The notes: generated from the sequence alone by a model not told the origin. 57,042 nucleotides of DNA from Ornithinibacter sp. (GCA_039915055.1 JBDSNZ010000227.1:1-57042); one strand, 5' to 3'. Numbered from the stretch's first letter, positions 9,220 through 18,811 are shown. Translations and numbers: made by a program.

Positions 9220-9818
9220 TGACACACACGGATGCCGGTGCCAACAGCCTCGCGGACCGGGCCGCCCTTTCCTTCCGTGCCTATCGCAGCGGCGACCCGT
9301 CCGGCATGTCGACCCTGGTGGACGAGGTGACGCCCCTGCTCTGGTCGGTCGCTCGCCAGCAGGGCCTGGACCGCTCCGCAGCAGCTGACGTCGTGCAGTG
9401 CGCCTGGTTGAAGCTGGTCGAACACGCCGCTGCCATCCACGACCCCCAGGCGGTGTTGAAGTGGCTCATCACCACGACGAAACGTGATGCGTGGCGCCTC
9501 TCGGCCCGGAACCGCCGTGAGGAGCCGGCAAGCCACTACGACGTGCGCGACCAGGAGGTCGACCTGTCCGCACCCTCCCCGGAGGCGAGCATCGTCGAGC
9601 GCGAGGAGTTCGCCCTGATGTGGCATCACTTCTCGGGTCTCTCCGACCGGTGCAAGGCACTCCTGCGTGTCATCGCCTTCGCCGATCGGCCGGACTACGC
9701 CAGCGTCGGCGAGGCCCTCGGGATGCCGGTCGGCAGCATCGGCCCCACCCGGGGCCGCTGCCTCGCCAAGCTCCGCCTCGCCCTCAGTACCGACTCACGA
9801 TGGGAGATGCCCTCATGA
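9216..9818 (+). CDS. ECF RNA polymerase sigma factor (ECF54-like context)
   Basis: Region 2 (AADVVQCAWLKL..WLITTTKR) and region 4 (YASVGEALGMPVGSIGPTRGRCLAKLR); GTGA overlap with the S8 stop. Confidence 0.9.
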   Translation: MMTHTDAGANSLADRAALSFRAYRSGDPSGMSTLVDEVTPLLWSVARQQGLDRSAAADVVQCAWLKLVEHAAAIHDPQAVLKWLITTTKRDAWRLSARNRREEPASHYDVRDQEVDLSAPSPEASIVEREEFALMWHHFSGLSDRCKALLRVIAFADRPDYASVGEALGMPVGSIGPTRGRCLAKLRLALSTDSRWEMPS

Positions 9819-10306
9819 CCATCGACCCCGAGGCCACGCTCGCCACAGGTCGTCTGGATGACGTCGACTCGGCGCTCCTGAGGCACGTGCGCATCCTCCA
9901 CGAATCCATCGACCCGATGCCCGATGACCTCCCGGAGAAGGTCAAGTTCGCGATGACCGTCGCCGCCCTCGAAGCCGAGGTCGCGCAGATCGTGACCGCG
10001 AGCTCGCTGACGACGGTTCGCGGCACGGACTACGACCGCGCAGACACGGTGACCTTCGCCAGCGACGGGGTGAGCGTCATGGTGAGCATCGAACACCAGG
10101 CCTCCACGAAGGTCGACCTCGTCGGGTGGGTGAGCGAGGGAGACGTCGAGGTCGAGCTCCGTGAGCGCGGCCGGACGCGCACCACGTCCACCGACGCGGA
10201 GGGGAGGTTCACCTTCGCCGGTGTCGAGCGTGGCCTGGTGAACTTCGTGCTCCGCCGCCACGCCGAGGACGCTCCGCCCATCATCACGCCGGCGATCGAG
10301 CTGTAG
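9815..10306 (+). CDS. Putative anti-sigma/partner protein with C-terminal carboxypeptidase-regulatory-like beta domain
   Basis: ATGA-coupled to the sigma; N-terminal helical IDPMPDDL..KVKFA segment; C-terminal TTSTDAEGRFTFAGV motif. Confidence 0.75.
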   Translation: MTIDPEATLATGRLDDVDSALLRHVRILHESIDPMPDDLPEKVKFAMTVAALEAEVAQIVTASSLTTVRGTDYDRADTVTFASDGVSVMVSIEHQASTKVDLVGWVSEGDVEVELRERGRTRTTSTDAEGRFTFAGVERGLVNFVLRRHAEDAPPIITPAIEL

Positions 10307-10315
10307 GAGGGCTCC

Positions 10316-12847
10316 ATCGAGGACGACCCGATCCAGCGGGCCGAGGAGTTCCTCTCCTCGGCCCGCGGTGAGAACGAGGTGGGGCGGTTCGCCGCGGCCG
10401 CGGCCGCTGTCGACCATGCCATCGCCGTGCTCGACACCGCCACCGGCCCCGAGGCGGCAGCGATGCGGATCCGGGTGCTCATCACCCGGGCGTGGACCGA
10501 GATGGAGATCAACGGTTTGGCACCGGCCCTGTCCATGCTGCGCGACGCCCGCGCCCAGGCGGTCACCGTCGACAATCGGCTGCTGCTGGCGCTGAGCCAC
10601 ATCCAGGAGGGTGTGGTCCAGGTGCGCGCCGGCGACTGGGCCGCTGCCCTCGGGGCCCTGGACGAGATCGGCGACGACGAACAGCTCCTCAACCCCAGCC
10701 AGCTGTGTGCCCTGCTCATCAACCGTGGGATGGCTCAGGTGGGCCTTGGCCACAACGAGGCGGCGGAGGGCGACCTGTCCCGGGCCGCGCGGACCGCTGC
10801 CGAGAACGCTCTCGTGAACCAGGAGTTCAAGGCGCGCCACAACCTCGCCTGCCTCGCGTTCGTCGCCGGCGACATTCCTCGGGCCCTGGTGCTCATGCGC
10901 ACCGCGGACCGGATGGATGCCGCGGTCGCGCGAGACCGAGCGCGCCTGGACCACGCCGAGGTCCTCCTGGAGGCCGGGCTGGTCAACGATGCGCGGGCCA
11001 CCCTCGGCGAGGCCCTGGTGTCTGCCCGCACAGAGGGCCACCGCCTCGAGGAGGGCGAGATCAGTCTGCGCCTGGCCCGCTGTGACCTCCTCGTGGACGA
11101 CCTCGCCAGCGCTCGGACGACGATCCGCGCGGCCATCGCTGCCTACCGCACCCGACAGGCACAAGAGCTCGTGCACGAAGCCGAGCTCGTGCGCTCCACC
11201 ATCGACGTCGCCGACGGGCACGACCTGCCCTCGGTCGTGACGACTCTCGCACGCCGCAACGACCGTCCCACCGGGAGCACCCGCAGCCGCAGGGAGTCGG
11301 TTCGGCTGGAGGCCGAGGCCCGACTGCTCCTCGGGGACGTCGACGGTGCCGAGCAGCGACTCTCAGCGTTGGAGGAGGGCACCCACGAGACCCTCGCAGC
11401 GATGCTCCACGAAACCCTGGTGCGGGCCCGGCTCGACGCGGCACGGGGGCGCGATCACTCGAGCTCACAGCGGCTGCTCGCCGGCAACCGCCTCCTCGCG
11501 GCCCACCAGTTCCAGTCCTCCAGCCTTGATCTGCGGGCGGCCCTCGCCCTCCACGGCCGACGGTTGACGGCATTCGACGTCGAGCGGGCGCTGCGGGCCG
11601 ATGACGTGAGCGAGCTGCTGACGACCGTCGAGCGGTGGCGCGCCATCTCACACCGGATCAACCCGGTCACGGCCCCGAGCGACCCCGAGCTCACGGCCTC
11701 CACCCAGGAGCTGCGACGGTTGCGCCGCATGCTGGGGGAGAGCGACGGCACCTCCGCCAAGGCGCTGCGCGCCCAGGTCGGTGAGCTCGAGTCCCAGGTG
11801 GCCCGGCGGGAGTGGGGCCTGACGGTCGAGGGGTCCATCACCGGCCTGGCGCACCCGGTCGCCTCCGACGAGGCGCGGGCAGCCGTCTCCGCGAAGGATG
11901 CCACCGTGGTCGAGTTCTTCGAGTCCGAGGGGAACCTGTGGGCAATCGTCTTGTGCACGGCCCGTTTCGACGTGGTGCAGCTCGGGCCTGTGGAGGAGAT
12001 CGCACGCTCCCTCACCCGGCTGCGCCGGGACCTCCGGGCTCGAGCGATCCTCGCCCACGGGGCTGGCATGACCCCCGTGCTCGACCGGGCCGTCCGATCC
12101 TCGCTCGCGACCGTCGACCGGTGGCTGAACCCCGAGGGCACGACAGCGGGTCGGGTCGTGGTCGTGCCGTCACGCAGCCTCGCCGGTGTGCCGTGGAGCC
12201 TGCTGCCCAGCCTCCTGGGCAGACCCGTGACGGTGGCCCCATCACTCACGCGTTGGGTTCGAGGGCCGGTCCGGGTCGAGCCTGTCGCGGTGCAGGTGCG
12301 GGCGAGTGCGCTCTACGGGCCAGGGTTGTCGCGCACTGAGTCCGAGATCCGCGCGATCCGCGAGGTCTGGCGTGGCGACGAGCGCGACGACGGCACGGCA
12401 TCGCGCCCTGCGAGCAGTGACGAGGTGCTCCAGGCCCTCTCCTCCTCTCAGGTGGTGCACCTTGCCGCACACGGCGTCCACGAAGGAGAGAGCCCGCTCT
12501 TCTCCTGCGTCCAGATGGCCGACGGTCCGGTGTTCGCCCACGAGTTCCCCCGCCCCGTGGCAGCAGAGCACGTCTCCCTCTCCGCCTGTGACGTCGGGCG
12601 CTTCTCGACCCGCGCAGGAGACGAGCCGCTCGGCCTCGCCATCGCCTTGTTGTCACTGGGTGCGACCAGCGTCTTGGCCGCGGTGGCGCCCGTCGCCGAC
12701 GACCTGGCCGCCGACACGATGGTCCGCTACCACCGCCTCTTGGCCGCAGGCGGGGACGCCGCGGCCTCTTGGGCACAGGTCGTCGACGCGGAGCCCGCCG
12801 CGGGAGTGTTCTGCCTCTACGGCTCGGACTGGAGCGTCAACGGCTGA
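10316..12847 (+). CDS. TPR-CHAT (caspase-like cysteine protease); start uncertain, ATC 10316 vs GTG 10379
   Basis: N-terminal TPR-like helices; C-terminal VVHLAAHG (His) and LSACDVG (Cys) dyad. Confidence 0.9.
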   Translation: MEDDPIQRAEEFLSSARGENEVGRFAAAAAAVDHAIAVLDTATGPEAAAMRIRVLITRAWTEMEINGLAPALSMLRDARAQAVTVDNRLLLALSHIQEGVVQVRAGDWAAALGALDEIGDDEQLLNPSQLCALLINRGMAQVGLGHNEAAEGDLSRAARTAAENALVNQEFKARHNLACLAFVAGDIPRALVLMRTADRMDAAVARDRARLDHAEVLLEAGLVNDARATLGEALVSARTEGHRLEEGEISLRLARCDLLVDDLASARTTIRAAIAAYRTRQAQELVHEAELVRSTIDVADGHDLPSVVTTLARRNDRPTGSTRSRRESVRLEAEARLLLGDVDGAEQRLSALEEGTHETLAAMLHETLVRARLDAARGRDHSSSQRLLAGNRLLAAHQFQSSSLDLRAALALHGRRLTAFDVERALRADDVSELLTTVERWRAISHRINPVTAPSDPELTASTQELRRLRRMLGESDGTSAKALRAQVGELESQVARREWGLTVEGSITGLAHPVASDEARAAVSAKDATVVEFFESEGNLWAIVLCTARFDVVQLGPVEEIARSLTRLRRDLRARAILAHGAGMTPVLDRAVRSSLATVDRWLNPEGTTAGRVVVVPSRSLAGVPWSLLPSLLGRPVTVAPSLTRWVRGPVRVEPVAVQVRASALYGPGLSRTESEIRAIREVWRGDERDDGTASRPASSDEVLQALSSSQVVHLAAHGVHEGESPLFSCVQMADGPVFAHEFPRPVAAEHVSLSACDVGRFSTRAGDEPLGLAIALLSLGATSVLAAVAPVADDLAADTMVRYHRLLAAGGDAAASWAQVVDAEPAAGVFCLYGSDWSVNG

Positions 12848-12867
12848 CCGGGCTCACGGCATCCGGC

Positions 12868-13461
12868 TCAGATGAAGAGCGCCGGCTCGGCGAAGAGGGC
12901 CTCGTAGGGGTCCTCACCGGGTCGTTGGGGATAGCGGATGACAGCGGGGATGCCGGTCGCGACGGCTCCCGACGGAACCGGCTTCACGACGACGGAGTTG
13001 GCGCCGACCTGGGCGTCGTCCCCGATCGTGATGTCCCCGAGCACCCGGGCACCGGCGCCGATGCTCACCCGGTCGCCCACGGTCGGGTGCCGCTTGACTC
13101 CCCGGTTGAGGGAGCGACCGCCGAGGGTGACCCCGTGGTAGAGCATCACGTCGTCACCGACCACTGCCGTCGCGCCGATGACGACACCCATGCCGTGGTC
13201 GATGAAGAAGCGGCGCCCGATCTGTGCGCCGGGGTGGATCTCGACCCCGGTCACCGCTCGCGTCAGGGTTGAGAGCACCCGGGCGAGGGGGCGGGTGCCC
13301 GGGTTGCGCCAGAGTCGGTGGGTGAGCCGATAGGCCCAGATCGCGTGCAGCCCGGGCGAGTTCACGGCGACGTCGAGGCGCGTCTGTGCTGCGGGGTCGC
13401 GCAGCATCGCGGCGTCGAGGTCTTCCCGAACGGTCGCCCGGGCTGCACTGGTCCACGACAT
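12868..13461 (-). CDS. cysE: Serine O-acetyltransferase
   Basis: [38 protein letters not shown]; directly downstream of cysK. Confidence 0.95.
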   Translation of the reverse strand: MSWTSAARATVREDLDAAMLRDPAAQTRLDVAVNSPGLHAIWAYRLTHRLWRNPGTRPLARVLSTLTRAVTGVEIHPGAQIGRRFFIDHGMGVVIGATAVVGDDVMLYHGVTLGGRSLNRGVKRHPTVGDRVSIGAGARVLGDITIGDDAQVGANSVVVKPVPSGAVATGIPAVIRYPQRPGEDPYEALFAEPALFI

Positions 13462-13462
13462 G

Positions 13463-14392
13463 TCAGTCGACAAGACCCTCGAAGAGAATGGTGGAGAGGT
13501 AGCGCTCGCCGAAGCTCGGGATGATCACGACGATCGTCTTGCCGGCGTTCTCGGGGCGGGCTGCGACCTGCGCGGCGGCAGCCAGCGCAGTGCCGGAGGA
13601 GAGACCGACGAGGAGGCCCTCCTCGGTGGCCGCCCGACGCGCCCATGTCACCGACGTCGCGGCGTCGATGTCGATGACCTCGTCGTAGATCTCGGTGTCG
13701 AGGATCTCGGGCACGAAGTTGGCGCCCAGGCCCTGGATCTTGTGCGGGCCGGCGGGCCCACCGTTGAGGATCGGGGACTCGGCCGGCTCCACGGCGATCA
13801 TCTGCAGACCGGGCTTGCGGGCCTTCAGCACCTGGCCGACCCCCGTGATGGTTCCACCGGTGCCGATACCCGCCACGACGATGTCGACGGCGCCGTCGGT
13901 GTCCTTCCAGATCTCTTCCGCCGTGGTGCGGCGGTGGACCTCGGGGTTGGCCTCGTTCGCGAACTGCCGTGCCAGCACGGCATTCTCGCGCTCAGCGACA
14001 ATCTGCTCGGAGCGCGTGACCGCACCCTTCATGCCCTCCGAGCCCGGGGTGAGCACGAGCTCGGCGCCGTACGCGCGCAGCAGTGCGCGGCGCTCCTTGC
14101 TCATCGTCTCGGGCATCGCCAGGACGACCTTGTAGCCGCGCGCCGCCCCGACCATGGCCAGCGCGATGCCGGTGTTGCCGGAGGTCGCCTCGACGATGGT
14201 GCCACCCGGCGCGAGCTGGCCCGACGCCTCTGCCGCGTCGACGATCGCGACGCCGATGCGGTCCTTGACCGAGCTCGCCGGGTTGTAGAACTCCAGCTTC
14301 GCGGCGACGATCGCGTCACCGTCGATGATCCGGTTGAGCCGCACGAGGGGTGTGTTGCCGACTGCCTGGGTGACGTCGTCAAGGATGGGCAT
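13463..14392 (-). CDS. cysK: Cysteine synthase A
   Basis: [14 protein letters not shown] (PLP Lys), [30 protein letters not shown]. Confidence 0.97.
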   Translation of the reverse strand: MPILDDVTQAVGNTPLVRLNRIIDGDAIVAAKLEFYNPASSVKDRIGVAIVDAAEASGQLAPGGTIVEATSGNTGIALAMVGAARGYKVVLAMPETMSKERRALLRAYGAELVLTPGSEGMKGAVTRSEQIVAERENAVLARQFANEANPEVHRRTTAEEIWKDTDGAVDIVVAGIGTGGTITGVGQVLKARKPGLQMIAVEPAESPILNGGPAGPHKIQGLGANFVPEILDTEIYDEVIDIDAATSVTWARRAATEEGLLVGLSSGTALAAAAQVAARPENAGKTIVVIIPSFGERYLSTILFEGLVD

Positions 14393-14553
14393 TGCGGTGA
14401 CCTTTCGCTGAGGGGGTGTGCCAGTCGCTCGGAGCCGGGCATCACGGCACTCGGCTCGGTTCGCTCGGGAGAACCCCGAGTGCGTTATGCATATTCCAAC
14501 AGAGGGTTATCCATTGACACAACGGTGTCTCGTCGACGCGGGCGGCGTCCCGC

Positions 14554-14682
14554 GGCCCACAACGTGCACCACCTGACCAATAGGTCGATCGTGCACGGGC
14601 CACAACGTGCAACACCTGACCAATAGGTCGATCGTGCACGGCCCACAACGTGCAACACCTGACCAATAGGTCGATCGTGCAC
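14554..14682. repeat. 3 x 43 bp tandem array of a palindromic element
   Basis: Unit GGCCCACAACGTGCAACACCTGACCAATAGGTCGATCGTGCAC at 14554, 14597 and 14640, at most 1 mismatch each. Confidence 0.97.
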
Positions 14683-14784
14683 GGTCGGGCTCGTCAGCGA
14701 GTCCCGGCGGGGCCCCGCGCGGTCACTTTGACGGTCGTCACAGCCGCAGGTGAGCGAGCGCTTACCGTCGATAGACTCTCGGGC

Positions 14785-17700
14785 ATGCCTGCCGCCCTCG
14801 CGCCCACCATCGCGCACGCCCTGGCCAGCGACCTCCTGCCGGTGCCCGACGAGAAGTTCGGCGGCCTCGGCGCGGTACAGGTCATCGCTCTCGTCCTCTG
14901 CTTCGTGGTGCCGCTCATCGGCTGGGCCCTGCTCGTGCGTCAGGTGGGCCGCTTCGTCGGCCTCTACCGCCTCGGCCAGTCCGACAGCACCCGCACCGGC
15001 AACCCCGGTGCCCGCACCTGGACCCTCACCAAGGAGTTCCTCGGTCACACCCGGATGAGCCGGCTCAAGGTCGTGGCGGCGGCGCACTGGTTCACCGCGC
15101 TCTCCTTCTTCATCCTGTTCGCCACCCTCGTCAACGCGTTCTTCCAGCTGGTTCAGCCCGACTACCGGTTGCCGCTCATCGGGCATTTCCCGCCCTTCGA
15201 GTGGCTCATCGAGGTCTTCGCGTGGACCGGCTTCATCGGCATCGTCGTGCTCATGACGATCCGCCAGAAGGAGCACCCCCGGTCGGCCTCAGGCGAGGGC
15301 GGGCGCCGTTCGCGGTTCTTCGGCTCCACGTTCTGGCAGGCCTACTACGTCGAGCTGACGATCCTCTTCGTCACGATCTGCATCATCGCGCTGCGTGGTC
15401 TCGAGGCTGCGATGGTCACCATCACCGATCCGGGGGAGTCGCTGGCCCTGCACTTCCCGCTCACCGGGTGGATGGCCGGGCTCTGGTCGGGCACCTCGCT
15501 GCCGACCCTCGCGCTGTGGGTCTACGTCGTCGCGACCATCAAGATCCTCATCTCCTTCGCGTGGATGATCACCATCTCGCTGCAGCCGACGATGGGCGTG
15601 GCGTGGCACCGGTTCCTCGCCTTCCCCAACATCTGGTTCAAGCGCGAGGCCTCTGGGCGCACCGCACTCGGTGCCCTGAAGCCCGTCTTGGTGGGAGGCA
15701 CGCCGTTCTCGATGGAAGCCGTCGAGGAGATGGAGGAAGGCACCACCCTCGGGGTCGGCGCCGTCGAGGACTTCACCTGGAAGGGCCTTCTCGACTTCTC
15801 GACCTGCACCGAGTGCGGCCGCTGCCAGAGCCAGTGCCCCGCCTGGAACACCGAGAAGCCGCTCTCGCCAAAACTCCTCATGATGGCGTTGCGCGACCAC
15901 GCCGACGCCAAGGCCCCGTACTTGAGGGCGCTGGCCGACCATGACGGTGACACCGCGAAGGCGATGGCCTCGGTCGCGGTCACGATGCCTGCTACCGACG
16001 GGACGAGCGGTGTCGAGGGGGCGGACGGCCCCGCCAGGATCTCCTGGCCGGACCTGCCGCTCATCGGCGACACCGGATACGCCCTTGACCGGCCGCTCGG
16101 CGCATACAACCCGCACGGGCCGGATGCCGTGATCGACCAGGACGTGCTGTGGTCGTGCACCACGTGTGGCGCCTGCGTCGAGCAGTGCCCGGTCGACATC
16201 GAGCACGTCGACCACATCGTCGACATGCGGCGCTACCAAGTACTCATCGAGTCGGCCTTCCCGAGCGAGCTCGGCGGGCTATTCAAGAACCTCGAGGGCA
16301 AGGGCAACCCGTGGGGCATGGGGGCGCGCGCCAGGCTCGACTGGGCCAAGGACCTGCCCTTCGAGGTCAAGGTGCTGGGCCAGGACGTCGAGAAGGCGTC
16401 CGAGGTGGAGTGGTTGTTCTGGGTCGGGTGCGCGGGCGCCTACGAGGACCGTGCGAAGAAGACGACGCGCGCCGTAGCCGAGCTGCTCGACACGGCGGGG
16501 GTGTCGTTCGCGGTGCTCGGCGACGGAGAGACCTGCACCGGCGACTCGGCGCGCCGGGCCGGCAACGAGCTGCTCTTCCAGACCTTGGCCGCCCAGAACG
16601 TGGAGACGTTCGGGGAGTTCGGTGTGACGAAGGTCGTCGTCACGTGCGCGCACTGCTTCAACACGATCAAGAACGAGTACGGCGAGCTCGGCGGCACCTA
16701 CGAGGTGGTGCACCACACCCAGCTCCTCAACCGGCTGGTTCGCGAGAAGAAGCTCGTGCCCGTGGCACGACCCGAGGCCGAGCCGGCGATGTCGTCCGCC
16801 AAGAACGCGGCGTCCACGGCATCCACCGTGACCTACCACGACCCGTGCTACCTCGGGCGGCACAACGGGGTCTACGCCCCGCCGCGCGAGCTCATCGGCG
16901 CCCTGCCCGGTGTGGAGCTCAAGGAGATGGAGCGCTCCAAGGAGAAGTCGTTCTGTTGCGGTGCGGGTGGTGCGCGGATGTGGATGGAGGAGAAGCTGGG
17001 CACGCGGATCAACACCAACCGCACCGAGGAGGCCATCGCCACCGGGGCACAGCGGATCGCCATCGGGTGCCCGTTCTGCCGGGTGATGATGAGCGACGGG
17101 CTCACGGCCAAGCAGGCCGAGGGCGAGGCCGAGTCGGTCGAGGTCGTCGACGTGGCGCAGATGCTGCTCGCTGCGGTGCGCCGTGCCGATGGCGTCGACG
17201 AGGAGCCGCCCGCCGAGCCAGTGGCCGGGCCCGCTGCGACCCAGCCCGCTGCACCATCCAGCGAGACGATGGTCGTGGATGCCGCCGGCACCGCCACGCT
17301 CGCCGGGATGGGTCCGCACGAGGCCGCCACCGCCGAGGCCGACCCTTGGGACGCGCCTGCCGAGCCGGAGCTCGCGCCTGCCGTGGCCGCCCTCGAAGAG
17401 CGGTCATCCCTCGAGGACGACTCGGACCCGTGGGACGAGCCCGCGACGGGGAAGGACGCCGCCGGTCGCTCCGAGGGAGAACCATCGCCGGAGAAGGTGC
17501 ACGCGGATGCCGCGGCGTCCACCGACGAGGTCGACCCCTGGGACGAGCCCGCGCCCACACCCACCTCCGACGCGCCCACACCTGACCTATTGGTCGATAG
17601 TGCACCCACCGACGAGGTCGACCCCTGGGACGAGCCGGACACCACACCCACGCCAGAGCCCGCCGCTCACGCCCCCGAAAAGGCGGAGGCACCGGCGGCG

Positions 17701-17796
17701 GGGGACGCGCAGGCCGGGAGCGGCACGGCATCCGGTGTGGATGCCGGGTTCACCGGTGATGCGGACCTGCTCGACGAGCCCGACCCCTGGGACTGA
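14785..17796 (+). CDS. Membrane-bound Fe-S oxidoreductase (FadF/HdrD-like) with acidic C-terminal tail
   Basis: N-terminal TM helices, CTECGRCQSQCP and CTTCGACVEQCP clusters, CCG domains (YHDPCYLGR, FCCGAGG); -10 TAGACT 7 nt before the ATG. Confidence 0.92.
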   Translation: MPAALAPTIAHALASDLLPVPDEKFGGLGAVQVIALVLCFVVPLIGWALLVRQVGRFVGLYRLGQSDSTRTGNPGARTWTLTKEFLGHTRMSRLKVVAAAHWFTALSFFILFATLVNAFFQLVQPDYRLPLIGHFPPFEWLIEVFAWTGFIGIVVLMTIRQKEHPRSASGEGGRRSRFFGSTFWQAYYVELTILFVTICIIALRGLEAAMVTITDPGESLALHFPLTGWMAGLWSGTSLPTLALWVYVVATIKILISFAWMITISLQPTMGVAWHRFLAFPNIWFKREASGRTALGALKPVLVGGTPFSMEAVEEMEEGTTLGVGAVEDFTWKGLLDFSTCTECGRCQSQCPAWNTEKPLSPKLLMMALRDHADAKAPYLRALADHDGDTAKAMASVAVTMPATDGTSGVEGADGPARISWPDLPLIGDTGYALDRPLGAYNPHGPDAVIDQDVLWSCTTCGACVEQCPVDIEHVDHIVDMRRYQVLIESAFPSELGGLFKNLEGKGNPWGMGARARLDWAKDLPFEVKVLGQDVEKASEVEWLFWVGCAGAYEDRAKKTTRAVAELLDTAGVSFAVLGDGETCTGDSARRAGNELLFQTLAAQNVETFGEFGVTKVVVTCAHCFNTIKNEYGELGGTYEVVHHTQLLNRLVREKKLVPVARPEAEPAMSSAKNAASTASTVTYHDPCYLGRHNGVYAPPRELIGALPGVELKEMERSKEKSFCCGAGGARMWMEEKLGTRINTNRTEEAIATGAQRIAIGCPFCRVMMSDGLTAKQAEGEAESVEVVDVAQMLLAAVRRADGVDEEPPAEPVAGPAATQPAAPSSETMVVDAAGTATLAGMGPHEAATAEADPWDAPAEPELAPAVAALEERSSLEDDSDPWDEPATGKDAAGRSEGEPSPEKVHADAAASTDEVDPWDEPAPTPTSDAPTPDLLVDSAPTDEVDPWDEPDTTPTPEPAAHAPEKAEAPAAGDAQAGSGTASGVDAGFTGDADLLDEPDPWD
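17578..17605. repeat. Intragenic copy of the palindromic element
   Basis: ACACCTGACCTATTGGTCGATAGTGCAC, 25/28 identical to the 14.6 kb unit. Confidence 0.85.
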
Positions 17797-17815
17797 CCCC
17801 GGTCACGGCCCGCTG

Positions 17816-17877
17816 GTCGAGAGAACAGAACACGCCGTCTCGCGCGAACGCGGGACGGCGTGTTCTGTTCTCTCGAC
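17816..17877. terminator. Long bidirectional hairpin between convergent genes
   Basis: 29 bp arms (one G-T pair) around a CGAA loop. Confidence 0.85.
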
Positions 17878-17887
17878 GGGTTTGAGG

Positions 17888-18811
17888 TCAGCCGAGGCCG
17901 TTGCTGGACAGGAACTCCGCTGCGACGGTCTTGGGGTCCGCCTTGTCGATGTCGGTCTGCTTGAGCATGTCGGCGATGGCCGCGGTGGTCAGCTTCGCGG
18001 AAACGGCGTTGAGCGTCTCCTTGACCTCGTCGGCACGGTCAGCCCGCACGAGCGGGAAGATGTTCTGCGAGCCGTAGAGCTTCTTGGTGTCCTCCAGCGC
18101 CACGAACCCGTTGGCCGCGATGGCCGGGTCGGTGGAGAAGATGTTGGCCACCTGCACCTGGTCGTTCTTCAGCGCCTGCACGATGGCCTGGCCGGTCAGC
18201 GGCCTGAAGGACTTGAACTCCACGCCATAGGTCTTCTTCAGCCCCGGAATGCCCTGGGTGCGCTCGCCGAACTCCGGCGGGCCCGCCACCGCGAGGTCCT
18301 TGGCGACCGGCGCCAGGTCCGCGATGGTCTTCAGGCTGTACTTGTCGGCGGTGGCCTTCGACACGACGATGGTGTCGTTGTCCTCGGCGGCCGACTTGTC
18401 GAGAGCCACCAGCGTCTTGGGGATGAGCTCCTGCATCTTGGCGTAGACCTCGTCGGGGTCGGTGCCGCTGAAGGTCTTGTCGTAGAACAACGCGAGCGCG
18501 CCGGTGTACTCCGGGAACACCTGCACCGAGTTGTCCTCGAGGGCGCGCAGGTAGATCTCGCGGGAACCGATGTTGGTCTTGGTGGACGCGTCGATGCCCT
18601 TCGCCTTCAGCGCTCCGGCGTAGATCTCGGCGAGGAGGGTGGACTCGGAGAAGTTGGCGCCACCGACGACGATCGGTCCACCCGTGGCAGCACCCCCGCT
18701 CGCGGAGGCGGCCGTGGTGTCGGCGACCAGTGGGTCGGAGGAACTGCCGCAGGCGGTGAGCCCGAGGATCGACGCCGCGAGTAGTGCGACGGCTGATGTG
18801 GTGCGCTTCAT
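17888..18811 (-). CDS. Osmoprotectant (glycine betaine/choline-type) ABC substrate-binding lipoprotein
   Basis: Lipobox LTAC, ANFSESTLLAEIYA, FPEYTG. Confidence 0.92.
   Translation of the reverse strand: MKRTTSAVALLAASILGLTACGSSSDPLVADTTAASASGGAATGGPIVVGGANFSESTLLAEIYAGALKAKGIDASTKTNIGSREIYLRALEDNSVQVFPEYTGALALFYDKTFSGTDPDEVYAKMQELIPKTLVALDKSAAEDNDTIVVSKATADKYSLKTIADLAPVAKDLAVAGPPEFGERTQGIPGLKKTYGVEFKSFRPLTGQAIVQALKNDQVQVANIFSTDPAIAANGFVALEDTKKLYGSQNIFPLVRADRADEVKETLNAVSAKLTTAAIADMLKQTDIDKADPKTVAAEFLSSNGLG

Noticed and set aside
14393-14553. Cys-rich leader peptide attenuator for cysK
   Set aside because: No short ORF with a run of Cys codons upstream of cysK; only an AT-rich promoter-like patch (14485-14520).
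14554-14682. Mini CRISPR array (33 bp palindromic repeats)
   Set aside because: The intervening sequences are only 10 bp and nearly identical, there are no cas genes, and the same motif occurs inside coding linkers.
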